From Actinomycetota bacterium (GTDB lineage: Bacteria; Actinomycetota; UBA4738; HRBIN12), in NCBI GenBank assembly GCA_050998695.1, contig JBPCPX010000157.1:1-43310 (forward strand): a stretch of 43,310 nt of DNA, in the 5' to 3' direction. Shown one piece after another: positions 9,879-19,029 of the stretch (positions within the stretch are counted from its first letter, which is position 1; each line of letters starts with the position of its first letter). A program made the position numbers and the translations under genes. A model generated the notes under the pieces. That model had not been told where the DNA came from, searched no databases, and saw only the letters and a list, made by a program, of their open reading frames with translations.

Positions 9879-10804
9879 ATGGATCAGGGACTCGAACACG
9901 ACGCGCTGATCTACGGTTCCGACGAGGAGTTGATGACCGCCCTCGTGCCGTGGTTGCGCGAAGGGCTCGAGAACGAGGACGGAACGGTCGTTGCGACGAC
10001 GTCCCCGCACATCACCCAGTTGCGCGATGCGCTCGGGACCTACGAGCGTTCGATCTCCTTCCTCTCCGCCGACGAGATGTACGTCCATCCCGTGCAGACG
10101 ATCGCGGCGTGGCAGCGCGTGCTCGCCGAGGCCGTCGACACCGGTATCACCTTCACCCGGATCGTCGGTGAGGTCCGGTTCGGCGCGACGGAGGATCTGC
10201 AGACGTCGTGGACGCGCTACGAGTCGGCCCTCAACGCGATCTTCGAGAGCTCACCCGCCTGGATCGTGTGTCCGTACGACGTGCGTGCCCTCCCTCCCGC
10301 GGTGATCGACCAGGCCTGGCGAACGCATCCGACGGTGTGGGACTCGACGCGCCGCGCGAGCGACCGCTACGAGATCCCCGCCCGGCTGCTCCGCGAGATC
10401 GTCGAGCCGGGCCGCGCGGTGACGGGACCGCCGTCGCTCGAGCTCGAGATCGAGGAGAGCCTGGGCGACTTGCGCCAGGCCGTGCGGGCTCTCGGGATGG
10501 AGGCCGCGCTGCCTCACGCGAGGGTGGAGGAGCTCGTTCTCGCCGTGAGCGAGCTCGCCGGCAACACGGTTCGCCACGCCGGCGGGGCGGCGGGAAGGTG
10601 GCGGTGTGGGTCACCCCGGATGGTGTCGTCTGCGAGGTGACGGATCAGGGCGGAGGCCTGGACGACCCGCTCGCCGGTCTGGTGCCGCCCAAGCAGTACG
10701 CGTCCGCGGGCATGGGCTTATGGATCGCTCGGCAGCTCTCCGATTCGTTCGCGATCGGTGCGAACGGCGAAGGGACGACCGTGAGGATCGCCGTCGACCG
10801 CTGA
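9879..10804 (+). CDS. MEDS sensor + HATPase_c anti-sigma-factor (RsbA/PrsR-like) protein, frameshifted near 10585
   Basis: HDALIY, RIVGE, W.RYES..N, CPYD, THP (MEDS); LAVSELAGNTVRHA then, in a shifted frame, GGGKV..VCEVTDQGGG..GMGLWIARQLSD. The shift lies at a G-run. Confidence 0.85.
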
Positions 10805-10807
10805 GTC

Positions 10808-11257
10808 CTACGCCTGGCCGGGCGGGTGGTCGGACATGTTCGAGCGGCCCGCGAAGAACGCGCCTTCCTCGATCGCGAGCGTTCGGCAGGTCACGTCTCC
10901 CTGCACGCGAGCCTCCCTCCCGAGCTTGATGCCTTGCTCGGCGACGACATCTCCCTGGACCGTGCCGTGAACGGTCACGCTCTGGGCACGGACGTCCCCC
11001 TCGACCCGACTCTGAGAGGGGAGCACGACCTCACCCGGCGCCGTGAGGTTCCCCTTGACCCGCCCTGCGAGGCTGATGCTGCGGGCGCTGATGTCGGCTC
11101 GAACGTCGCTTCCCGCGGCGACCGAGACGTCGCCGTCGACCGCGATCTCACCGGTGAGATGACCGTGGATGCGAAGCGAACCGCTCGAGTGGAGCGTGCC
11201 CTCGATACGTGCGCCCTGCCCCACGACCGATAGATCTTCGCCTCGTTGATCGGCCAC
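10808..11257 (-). CDS. Bactofilin (polymer-forming cytoskeletal protein)
   Basis: SVVGQGARIEGTL..LRIHG..GEI, V.GDV repeats, LAIEEGAFFAG. Confidence 0.9.
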   Translation of the reverse strand: MADQRGEDLSVVGQGARIEGTLHSSGSLRIHGHLTGEIAVDGDVSVAAGSDVRADISARSISLAGRVKGNLTAPGEVVLPSQSRVEGDVRAQSVTVHGTVQGDVVAEQGIKLGREARVQGDVTCRTLAIEEGAFFAGRSNMSDHPPGQA

Positions 11258-11284
11258 GATCCTCCTCTCCTTCGGGATGGGAGG

Positions 11285-11710
11285 CTACTCCTCGTCGACG
11301 CGGCGGAGCATCTTCGTACGGCCGCGTCGCTTCTTCGTGGCGATCCTCCTGTCCACCGCTCGTTTGCTCGGCTCGGTGGGGCGGCGCTTCCTGGGAGGCG
11401 GCGCGATCGCCTCCGCGAGGATCTCTTGGAGCCTCTCGAGGGCGAGCTCACGGTTGCGGATCTGCGACCGTTCCTCCTGCGCCGTGACGGTCAGCACCCC
11501 GTCGACGAGCCGGTCGCCGAGACGTTGGAGCGCCCTCTTCCTCTGAGCCGGCCCGAGGGCGGTCGTCGAGGTGAGGTCGAGACCCAGTTGTACCCGGGAG
11601 TCGGCGGTGTTCACGGACTGACCGCCGGGACCCGAGGAGCGGCTGAATCGCCAGCGCAGCTCCTTCGCAGGGATCTCCACCGCCCGAGGGATTCGGAGAG
11701 GACCTGCCAT
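11285..11710 (-). CDS. arfB: Alternative ribosome-rescue peptidyl-tRNA hydrolase ArfB
   Basis: FSRSSGPGGQSVN, ERSQIRNRELALERL, basic tail RRPTEPSK..RRIATKKRRGRTK. Confidence 0.93.
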   Translation of the reverse strand: MAGPLRIPRAVEIPAKELRWRFSRSSGPGGQSVNTADSRVQLGLDLTSTTALGPAQRKRALQRLGDRLVDGVLTVTAQEERSQIRNRELALERLQEILAEAIAPPPRKRRPTEPSKRAVDRRIATKKRRGRTKMLRRVDEE

Positions 11711-11724
11711 CGGCCGAGCGAACG

Positions 11725-12990
11725 CTAGGGGCTCTCTTCGGTGGATGTCTCTTCGGTCGCGGGGGTGTCTTCGCTCGCGGGGGTCTCTTCGCTCGCGGGG
11801 GATGTCGTTGTGTTCTCGATCGATGCGGAACCATTCCCGGACCCAGGAGACTCGCCGGTAGATGGCGACGCTGGGCCATTGATCTTCACCGAGACGACGT
11901 TCGATGGAGCCGATTCGCCGCTGGCGTTCGTCGTCACGATCCGATACTCGTAATTCACCCCCGGGGAAAGGGCATCGTCCACATACACCGTCACGTCCTG
12001 CCCCGTCGTCCCGATCGAGATCCATTCACCGGTCCCATGGAGCGACCGCTCGATCCGGTACCCCGTCTCGTCGGCGACGTCCAACCACGTGAGCTCGATC
12101 GTGGTCCCCGTCTCGTTCACGGTCAAGCTCGTCGCGGTCGGTGGCGCGATCGAGGTGGTCGCCGACACGACATCGGAGGGCAGCGCGAGAACTTCCTCGA
12201 TCTCCGCGGCGACGCGATAGTAATAGGTCGTATCAGCTTCGAGACCGGTGTCGATGTAGGTCGTGCCCTGCTCGACCGTCGCGATCGATTGCCAGATATC
12301 CTGGGGTTGCTCAGCCCGGCGCTCGACCTGATAAGCCGTCGCGCCGCGTACCGTCGCCCAAACGAGGGTGATCGCGGTCGCAGAACGAGAGTTCGCCACG
12401 ACGCGGCCGGGAACCGTTCGACCTTCGAAATCTGTGTCGGTGGTCGTGTATGGAACCATCGAGGGGGGGTGGGTGGTCGACGGAACGTCCTGCGAGCGGC
12501 TTTCCCTTGGAAGAGCGACCTCACGAGGATCGGGGGCGTCGGAAGAAGGTCGCGCTCCCCGATGCGACGGCCCCTCCTCCGCCGGCGGGAATACAACGCT
12601 CGACGGGCCATCCGCCGACGTGACGCCCTGTCGGCCACCAAGATCGGGGACGGCGATCGCCACGCAAAGGGTTAGTGCAGCCAGGCCGAGGCTGACCCCT
12701 GCCCTGCTGACCAGCCGCGGGAGTCCGGGGGACCCACGGCCGACGATCGCGCGGTGTGGGCTCCGGATCCGATCGCGGACGGCAGTCGAGCGGCGACCAC
12801 CACCGAGCCGACGAGTGGCCAGGACATCCGATCCCTCCGACGCCAAGGCGAACGAGCGCTCGAGGTCCTCGATCTCCCTGGCGGCCTCCCGCTGGTGGTA
12901 TCGGTCGAGAAGCGCAAGGATGACCAGCCAGACCGCAACCAGCAGGTTGAGGAGGAAGATGCCAATGAGAACCAGGGCCAGACCTTTCAC
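11725..12990 (-). CDS. Membrane-anchored protein with two fibronectin type III domains and an acidic repeat tail
   Basis: Hydrophobic N-terminus LALVLIGIFLLNLLVAVWLVILALL; ITLVW..YQVER..YIDTGLEADTTYYYRVAA and IELTW..YRIER..YVDDALSPGVNYEYRI..GESAPSN. Start uncertain (GTG 12990 or ATG 13041). Confidence 0.75.
   Translation of the reverse strand: MKGLALVLIGIFLLNLLVAVWLVILALLDRYHQREAAREIEDLERSFALASEGSDVLATRRLGGGRRSTAVRDRIRSPHRAIVGRGSPGLPRLVSRAGVSLGLAALTLCVAIAVPDLGGRQGVTSADGPSSVVFPPAEEGPSHRGARPSSDAPDPREVALPRESRSQDVPSTTHPPSMVPYTTTDTDFEGRTVPGRVVANSRSATAITLVWATVRGATAYQVERRAEQPQDIWQSIATVEQGTTYIDTGLEADTTYYYRVAAEIEEVLALPSDVVSATTSIAPPTATSLTVNETGTTIELTWLDVADETGYRIERSLHGTGEWISIGTTGQDVTVYVDDALSPGVNYEYRIVTTNASGESAPSNVVSVKINGPASPSTGESPGSGNGSASIENTTTSPASEETPASEDTPATEETSTEESP
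11734..11802 (-). repeat. Imperfect 18-bp tandem repeat (about 4 units) encoding SPASEE/TPASED/TPATEE
   Basis: Repeated (c/g)tcttcg(c/g)tcgcggggg units on the + strand. Confidence 0.7.
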
Positions 12991-13105
12991 GGCTTTACCG
13001 TACGCCGCAAGGCGCCGAGGGTCCACTCGCCGTCGGTCCATCTGTTCGGCTGCCCCTCTGGCCCCTCTTCGGGACCGGTCTTCGTCAGCCCGTGACCGTC
13101 GGTCA

Positions 13106-13410
13106 TCACCTGGTGAGCATCTCGAAGCCGGCCATGCCTTATGACCGAATACTCGCCGGCGGCGCCCTCGAGAAGCTCCCGTATCCGAGCCGTTTCGCCC
13201 GACTCCTTCCGGTCGATCAGCATGCCCGCGCAGAGGCGCTGCACGTCCGCGCGCTCGAGCCGCAGGGACAGATCCTCGGCGGCTCGGAGCGCCGCCCGGA
13301 AGTGCATCTCGGCGTCCTCGTACCGACTTCCGGCGGTCGCGGCGATCGCGCGTGCGCGTGAGACGACAGTCGAACGTGATCCACTCGCCGCGGTGCTCGA
13401 GCGCGTCCAT
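13106..13410 (-). pseudogene. Remnant of the C-terminal helical region of an AAA/TPR regulator
   Basis: Joined across two frameshifts: MDALEHRGEWITFDCRLTRT / AIAATAGSRYEDAEMHFRAALRAAEDL..RELLEGAAGEYSVI / GMAGFEMLTR*. This resembles the tail of cyclase-ATPase-TPR proteins. Confidence 0.5.
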
Positions 13411-14531
13411 CACGAGGCGCTCACGCGCTCCGCGTCGCGCATCACGCGGAGCACGTTCTGGCCGGCGATCTTGCTGAGGTCCTCGTCCGCGTAGCCCCGG
13501 TCGGCGAGCTCGGCGAACAGCGTGGGATACTTCGACACGTCCTCGAGCCCGTCGGGCATCGCCGGCAGCCCGTCGAAGTCACTCCCGACCCCGATGTGAT
13601 CGATCCCCGCGACGTCGCGGATGTGGTCGATGTGATCCGCCACGTCGGTCACCGAGCTCGGCGGCGTCGGCAGTGTTTTCTCCAACTCCTCCACGGCGGC
13701 CCGCAGCGCGTCGGGATCGTCGGCGTACTGCTCCTTCAACCGGCGGATCTCCTTCCATTCGGCGGCGTTCGCCTTCGCGCCCTCGGCGTTGAGGAACCAC
13801 GGCACGAACGTCGCCATCATCACGCCGCCCGTGCGGCCGAGGACCCCGATCACGTCGTCGGGCACGTTGCGCGGGACGTCGCAGAGCGCGCGCGCGTTGG
13901 AGTGCGAGAAGATCACCGGCGCCGAAGAGACCTCGATCGCCCGGCGCATGGTGTCGGCGGACACGTGGGAGAGATCGACCAGCACCCCGAGCCGGTTCAG
14001 CTCGCGGACCACCTCCTCACCGAACTCGGCCAACCCTCCGTTGCTGCCGAGCCCCGTCCCGGAATCCGCCCACGCGGTGTCGTCGTTGTGCGTCAGCGTC
14101 AGGTAACGGGCGCCCAGCTCCGCGAGGACCCGTAAGGTGCCGAGCGAGCCGCCGATCGAGTGTCCGCCCTCGACCCCGATCATCGAGGCCACCTTCCCGT
14201 CCGCCGCGATCCGCTCGACGTCGTCGGCCGTGCGCGCCAGCTCGAGCCGGTCCGGATGCGCCCGGAGCAGCTGCAGGAACGCATCGACCTGCTCGAGGGT
14301 CTGGACGACGGCCTGGTCCGTCGGCAGATCCGAGGGGACGTACACGGACCAGAACTGACCTCGGAGCCCGCCCGCCTCCAGGCGCGGGAGATCCGTGTGG
14401 AACTGGGGGGCGGAGGTCGTCAGGTCCGCCTCGTCCTGCCCGTCCTCCCGCGCCTTCCGCAACGCCCAGAGCAGATCGTTGTGACCGTCGATCAGCGGCG
14501 CGGCCCGGAGCAGCTCCACGATGTCGGTCAT
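13410..14531 (-). CDS. Membrane (renal-type, M19) dipeptidase
   Basis: IDGHNDL, GVEGGH, YLTLTHN, VDLSH, FSHS, DHIDH, GSDFDG. Confidence 0.95.
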   Translation of the reverse strand: MTDIVELLRAAPLIDGHNDLLWALRKAREDGQDEADLTTSAPQFHTDLPRLEAGGLRGQFWSVYVPSDLPTDQAVVQTLEQVDAFLQLLRAHPDRLELARTADDVERIAADGKVASMIGVEGGHSIGGSLGTLRVLAELGARYLTLTHNDDTAWADSGTGLGSNGGLAEFGEEVVRELNRLGVLVDLSHVSADTMRRAIEVSSAPVIFSHSNARALCDVPRNVPDDVIGVLGRTGGVMMATFVPWFLNAEGAKANAAEWKEIRRLKEQYADDPDALRAAVEELEKTLPTPPSSVTDVADHIDHIRDVAGIDHIGVGSDFDGLPAMPDGLEDVSKYPTLFAELADRGYADEDLSKIAGQNVLRVMRDAERVSAS

Positions 14532-14537
14532 GGACCG

Positions 14538-14563
14538 ACGGTACCCAGGTTGGACGGTATGCT
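14538..14563. promoter_or_regulatory. Back-to-back leaderless promoters of the dipeptidase and the TA operon
   Basis: TACCGT (minus strand, 14538-14543) is 6 nt before ATG 14531; TATGCT (plus strand, 14558-14563) is 6 nt before ATG 14570. Confidence 0.6.
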
Positions 14564-14569
14564 ATCTAT

Positions 14570-14821
14570 ATGTCGATACAGATTGCGATTCGTATACCAG
14601 ACGTCCTCGCCGGCGAGCTCGAGTCCCTCGTGGCGACGGGTCGATTCGAGACCAAGGCCGAAGCGGTCCGGTCGGCCCTGGAAGCCCTCATCGACGCCGA
14701 ACGCCGCGCCGAGGTGGGCCGTCGGATCGTGGAGGGCTATCGACGCATGCCGCAAGAGGACGCAGATGTGGCCGCGGCGCACGAAGTGGCCATCCGCTCC
14801 ATCGACGAGGAGCCATGGTGA
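14570..14821 (+). CDS. Ribbon-helix-helix antitoxin (MazE-like)
   Basis: QIAIRIPD..LESLVATGRFETKAEAVRSAL (RHH), IVEGYRRMPQ, acidic tail EEPW; immediately upstream of a MazF gene. Confidence 0.85.
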   Translation: MSIQIAIRIPDVLAGELESLVATGRFETKAEAVRSALEALIDAERRAEVGRRIVEGYRRMPQEDADVAAAHEVAIRSIDEEPW

Positions 14822-14822
14822 C

Positions 14823-15134
14823 ATGAGCATCGGCCGAGGAGAGATCTGGTGGGGCGAAGCCGATCCCAAGGGCCGACCCTTCCTGATCCTCACGAGGGAC
14901 GAGGCCATCCCGGTGCTTCGAACGGTGTTGGTCGCGCCCATCAGCCGTACGATCCGCCACATCCCTTCGGAGGTCCCGCTCGGCATCGCCGAGGGGCTGC
15001 CGGTCGCGTCGGTAGCCTCGATGGATGCCGTGCACACGTTCCCGAAGGCGATGCTCGTCCGCCGCATGGGCGCCCTCGCCCCGGATCGCCATCGCGAGCT
15101 CTGCCGGGCGATCGCCGCTGCGGTCGACTGCTAG
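14823..15134 (+). CDS. mazF: PemK/MazF family endoribonuclease toxin
   Basis: RGEIWW..KGRPFLILTRD..VLVAPISRTIR.IPSEV, 103 aa. Confidence 0.88.
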   Translation: MSIGRGEIWWGEADPKGRPFLILTRDEAIPVLRTVLVAPISRTIRHIPSEVPLGIAEGLPVASVASMDAVHTFPKAMLVRRMGALAPDRHRELCRAIAAAVDC

Positions 15135-15153
15135 GGCGGGAGGGTTCGCCTCC

Positions 15154-15576
15154 ATGGCCAACCGGAACGCGAACATCATCGAGGAATTCCGGAGTCACGA
15201 GGGCAAGGTCGGCGGCGGGTTCGAGGGTGCCACGATGCTGCTCCTGCACACGAAGGGACGCAGGACGGGCAAGGAGCACGTCACGCCCCTGGTGTACCTA
15301 CCGGACGGTGACCGATGGGCAGTCTTCGGCTCGATGGGGGGCGCGTCGGCCGATCCCGACTGGGTGCGCAATCTCGCGGCCGACCCGGATGCCACGATCG
15401 AGGTGGGCACGGAGACGATCCCCGTGCGCGCGATCAAGATCCTGCGACAAGAGCCCGAGCGCGACCACCTCTACTCTCGCCAGGTCGCTCGCAGGCCGGC
15501 CTTCGCCGAGTACGAGGTGAAGACGAACGGCATCCGGAAGATCCCGGTCGTGGTGCTCGAGCGTCGCGAGGAGTAG
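15154..15576 (+). CDS. F420H2-dependent (deazaflavin) nitroreductase family protein
   Basis: IIEEFR..GKVGG.F, LLLHTKGRRTG..TPL, SMGG..PDWVRNLAADP, EY..KT..RKIPVVVL. Confidence 0.9.
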   Translation: MANRNANIIEEFRSHEGKVGGGFEGATMLLLHTKGRRTGKEHVTPLVYLPDGDRWAVFGSMGGASADPDWVRNLAADPDATIEVGTETIPVRAIKILRQEPERDHLYSRQVARRPAFAEYEVKTNGIRKIPVVVLERREE

Positions 15577-15598
15577 CCCGACCTACACGGCAGGCGGC

Positions 15599-16063
15599 CT
15601 ACGCAGCCGCGGCGGCCAACGCGTTCGGGACCGTGTCCTCGGGCTTCACCGGGGACCACACCTGCTCGATCCGTCCCTCTTCGTCCACGAGGAACGAGGA
15701 TCGCACGATCCCCATGAACGCGTGGGCGCCGCGATGGCGTTCCGCCCACGCTCCCCATGCCGTCGAGACCGCGTGATCCTGGTCGGCGAGCAGAGGGAAG
15801 CCCAGCCCGTACTTCTCGTCGAACGCGAGCTGCTTCGCCGGCGCGTCCGGTGAGATGCCGACCACGTCGAGACCGATCCCCTCGAGATCTTGTCGATGGT
15901 CGCGCAGGTCGCACGACTGGACGGTGCACCCGGAGGTGTCCGCCTCCGGGTAGAAGTACAGGAGAAGCTTCCGGCCACGGTAGTCCTCGAGGCGCACCGT
16001 TCCACCGTGCTGATCGAGGAGCGCGAAGTCGGGCGCCGGGTCGCCGATCGAAGGGGTCACCAT
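15599..16063 (-). CDS. bcp: Peroxiredoxin Bcp/PrxQ
   Basis: APDFAL.DQ, YFYPEADTSGCTVQSC, GISPD, F.LLAD, RSSFLVDEEG. TAGAGT -10 lies 6 nt before ATG 16063. Confidence 0.92.
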   Translation of the reverse strand: MVTPSIGDPAPDFALLDQHGGTVRLEDYRGRKLLLYFYPEADTSGCTVQSCDLRDHRQDLEGIGLDVVGISPDAPAKQLAFDEKYGLGFPLLADQDHAVSTAWGAWAERHRGAHAFMGIVRSSFLVDEEGRIEQVWSPVKPEDTVPNALAAAAA

Positions 16064-16176
16064 CACTCAACTCTACGGGCCGGGGCGGATAGGACTTCCG
16101 ACGGATGGCCGGCGGGGTTGCTCCCTCGGTACGCTCGCCGTCCTGCTTCGGACACCCCTGGAGGGTGGACCCCCCG

Positions 16177-17094
16177 ATGAGCTTCAAACGCATCTTGCTG
16201 GCGGCTGCGGCCGCGAGCGTGCTCATCGTCGGCTTCGTGCCTATGGCCCAAGCGGCCAAGGTCGACGCCGGCGTCTGTATCGAACGGCACGATCATCCCG
16301 GCCCCGAGGGTCGCCTGCGCGACCTCGTGGAGGCGCCGAAGGTGGACCGGCTGTCAGGCTGGATCGCGAAGCACCCGAAGCTGGCCGCGCGAGCGGAAGC
16401 GGCGGCTGCGGCAGGCGACACCATCACCATCCAGACATACGTCCACGTGATCCGTGAGGACACGACGGTTGCCGGCGGGAACATCCCCGACCGGTGGATC
16501 CGCGACCAGATAAGCGTCCTCAACCGCTCGTTCAGCGGCGCGACCGGCGGCGCGGCGACCGGATTCCAGTTCGCGCTCGCCGGCACCACCCGAACGACCA
16601 ACGCGAAATGGTTCGAGGTGTTCGCCACCGGAACGGACAAGGCGATGAAGTCCGCCCTGAAGGTCGGAGGTCTCCAGACCCTGAACATCTACACAGCGAA
16701 CCTCGGACACAACCTGCTCGGTTGGGCCTACCTGGCGCAGGACGCGGCGAAGGTCGGCGCGCTGGACGGCGTTGTCGTCCACTATCAGTCATTGCCCGGC
16801 GGGGGCTTCGAGATCTACAGCGAGGGCGACACGGCGACGCACGAGGTGGGACATTGGCTCGACCTGTTCCACACGTTCGACGGCGGCTGCAGGCGAGGGG
16901 ACTTCATCGATGACACGGCGCCCGAGGCCTCGCCGGCATTCAACTGCCCTGAGGGACGAGACACTTGTGTTGCTGCCGGACTCGACCCGATCACGAACTT
17001 CATGGACTACACACAGGACAGCTGCATGTTCGAGTTCACCGCGGGCCAGGCGGTCCGGATGCAGCAGGCGTGGACGGCGTTCCGGGCTCCGTAG
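16177..17094 (+). CDS. Secreted M43 (pappalysin/ulilysin-like) zinc metalloprotease
   Basis: Signal peptide, LNIY, HEVGHWLDLFHTF zinc motif, DTAPE, NFMDYT Met-turn. Confidence 0.93.
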   Translation: MSFKRILLAAAAASVLIVGFVPMAQAAKVDAGVCIERHDHPGPEGRLRDLVEAPKVDRLSGWIAKHPKLAARAEAAAAAGDTITIQTYVHVIREDTTVAGGNIPDRWIRDQISVLNRSFSGATGGAATGFQFALAGTTRTTNAKWFEVFATGTDKAMKSALKVGGLQTLNIYTANLGHNLLGWAYLAQDAAKVGALDGVVVHYQSLPGGGFEIYSEGDTATHEVGHWLDLFHTFDGGCRRGDFIDDTAPEASPAFNCPEGRDTCVAAGLDPITNFMDYTQDSCMFEFTAGQAVRMQQAWTAFRAP

Positions 17095-17120
17095 GAGACC
17101 GGAACCGCGTTCGGTCGCGA

Positions 17121-17145
17121 GGGGGATCCCGTTCCGGGATCCCCC
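17121..17145. terminator. Perfect 11-bp hairpin between convergent genes
   Basis: GGGGGATCCCG-ttc-CGGGATCCCCC; no U-tract. Confidence 0.65.
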
Positions 17146-17151
17146 CCGCCG

Positions 17152-17787
17152 CTACCGCAGGTCGGGATGCAGTGAGTACAGCGGCACGATCTGCCCCTCG
17201 TCGAGGATGTGCCCGTGCATCGCCGTGCGCATCTCCTCGAGGGTGAAGCCCGGCTCGAGACCGAGTGTCTCGACGTCCAGCGCGTAGACCGTCGTGAAGT
17301 ATCGGTGGACCTGCTCGTCGTTCCACGGCGGGTACGGTCCATCCCACCCGGCGTAGGTGCCCTCGAGATCCGGGTTGCCCTCGAACAGGCTTCGATAGCC
17401 GTTCTGGCCGGTGACGCCGCCCTGCGCCGGTGGGTCCGGGGGCTTCCCGTGCGCGACGAAACCGTCCCCGCCCGCCCCTTCCGGAAGCTCGTGGACGGCG
17501 GTGGGGATGTCCACGACGAGCCAGTGCGCGAACTCGACCCGTACCTCGTCGTCGCCAAGCGGCAGATCCTCGACACCCATCCGGTCGCGGTCGGCCGGCA
17601 CATCGGGATCGACCACCGAGATCGCGAAGGACCGGGTCCCTTCCGGCTCGCCCGTCCATCGCAGGTGGGGGCTCTGGTCTCGTCCTGCCATCTCGGCCTT
17701 GCCGTCGGCCGTGGGCGTGGCGACCGCATACGTTTCGGGGATCGGCTGTCCATCGGCCATGCTGGTGCTCTCGACCGTCATCACCAT
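17152..17787 (-). CDS. YbhB/YbcL (PEBP/Raf kinase inhibitor-like) protein
   Basis: SPHLRW..P.GTRSFA..VDPDVP, FAHW, WDGPYPP, HRYFTTVYALD. Confidence 0.9.
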   Translation of the reverse strand: MVMTVESTSMADGQPIPETYAVATPTADGKAEMAGRDQSPHLRWTGEPEGTRSFAISVVDPDVPADRDRMGVEDLPLGDDEVRVEFAHWLVVDIPTAVHELPEGAGGDGFVAHGKPPDPPAQGGVTGQNGYRSLFEGNPDLEGTYAGWDGPYPPWNDEQVHRYFTTVYALDVETLGLEPGFTLEEMRTAMHGHILDEGQIVPLYSLHPDLR

Positions 17788-17830
17788 CGTGTGCTCTCCT
17801 CCGGCCTGTGAGCGCACATCATGGCACTCC

Positions 17831-18892
17831 CTACGTGTACAGCTCGCGCATGTGCTCGCCCTCGACGTCGAGGGCGCGACGCGTCCCCCTGGACAGGCGC
17901 TCGAACGGCTCGAGCACGATCCTGCTCTTCCCCTCGTCGTGTCGCCAGATGCCCGCTACGTGGCCGTCGACGAGGAACGTGTGGAACGAGTGCGGGCTCT
18001 TCGTGTTGAAGATGCGCGGCCGGTAGCGCTCGGGAAGGATCTGCGTGCGGCGAGCCTGTACCAGCAGCGTCGCATCCCACACGGGGAGGAAACGGACGGG
18101 AGCCGGCGTCTCGCCGTCGGGGAGCGGCATGCGGGGCAGGTCCAGGAGCTCCTTGCCGCGCTCGTCGAGGAACCGACGGAGCGTCATGGGTTCGATCACG
18201 GGGGCGAGCGCGCCTGAGGTGAGGCCCGTGAAGCTCGCCACGTCGGTGGGCGAGGCCGGGCCGAAGGCGCCCAGGTAACGCTTGACCAGATGCTCGATGC
18301 CTTCGGCCTCGGTGATCGCAGGCGGCTCGCCGAGCCAGTCCGACGCCAGGCCGAACAGGTCGGCACGCGGCTGCTCCCAGGTCCCGAACGGAGGCACGCG
18401 CACGAGGTCGAGCCACAGGTTCACGCCGTACCAGATCGGGTTGTCGAGGCCGAGCGCCTTCACGATCTCGGCCCGCCGTTTCGGTCCGTCGGCCAGGAGG
18501 CGCTCCGTCTTGCCGGCCGCCGAGACGACGTCGCTCGCCGACCCTTTGAACGAACGGAGCCACCATCGGCGGCGCTGCTCCCGGATCGCGGCCGTGAACA
18601 ACCAGAAGTCCCGTCTCGATGCCATGTGGATCGTGGAGCGCATCATCCATGCCTGCACCACGCTGCGGCGTTCGAGTGCTCGAGTCAGGTCATCGCGTTC
18701 GAACCCCTCGAGACGGGTTCGGAGGGCGACGTATGCCGCGGGGGCGTACTGCGTCTGAAGACCCCCCACGCGCTCGATCGCCTTCGGCACCGTGATGGTG
18801 GCCGGCTCCAGCAGATGCTGACGGGCGAGGAGGGCCCGATTCAGCTCTCGCTCCGACAGGGTCCGTGCAGGCTCCGTTCTCTTGAGGCTCAT
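17831..18892 (-). CDS. AlkZ/HTH_42 winged-helix DNA glycosylase family
   Basis: LNRALLARQHLL, GLQTQ (QxQ), MRSTIH, YL.AFGPA..D, VRFLP.WD, FLVDG.VAG.W. Confidence 0.88.
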   Translation of the reverse strand: MSLKRTEPARTLSERELNRALLARQHLLEPATITVPKAIERVGGLQTQYAPAAYVALRTRLEGFERDDLTRALERRSVVQAWMMRSTIHMASRRDFWLFTAAIREQRRRWWLRSFKGSASDVVSAAGKTERLLADGPKRRAEIVKALGLDNPIWYGVNLWLDLVRVPPFGTWEQPRADLFGLASDWLGEPPAITEAEGIEHLVKRYLGAFGPASPTDVASFTGLTSGALAPVIEPMTLRRFLDERGKELLDLPRMPLPDGETPAPVRFLPVWDATLLVQARRTQILPERYRPRIFNTKSPHSFHTFLVDGHVAGIWRHDEGKSRIVLEPFERLSRGTRRALDVEGEHMRELYT

Positions 18893-18923
18893 CGGCGGGA
18901 GCCTAGCCCTGCTCTCTCGCTCC

Positions 18924-18950
18924 GGTTTGCGCGTTTCGCCGAAGGGGCAT
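18924..18950 (+). promoter_or_regulatory. SigF/SigB-type promoter upstream of STAS-XRE
   Basis: GGTTT-N16-GGGCAT resembles the actinobacterial SigF consensus GGWWT-N16/17-GGGTAY. Confidence 0.5.
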
Positions 18951-18966
18951 ACGGTGCATCAGTGGT

Positions 18967-18982
18967 TGTCAGACGTCTGACA
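18967..18982. promoter_or_regulatory. Perfect 16-bp palindrome, candidate operator
   Basis: TGTCAGACGTCTGACA, between the promoter and the STAS start codon. Confidence 0.6.
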
Positions 18983-19029
18983 TCTGAACAGGCGAGCGCC
19001 CGTCCGAGGCCGAGGAGAGGGAATCCCCG

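Noticed and set aside
11285-12025. 246-aa ArfB with an N-terminal extension
   Set aside because: The extension is an alternative frame of the FN3 gene's repeat tail; ArfB starts at 11710.
14160-15134. 324-aa plus-strand ORF
   Set aside because: Only the last 103 codons (mazF) are real; the rest overlaps the dipeptidase antisense and the antitoxin off-frame.
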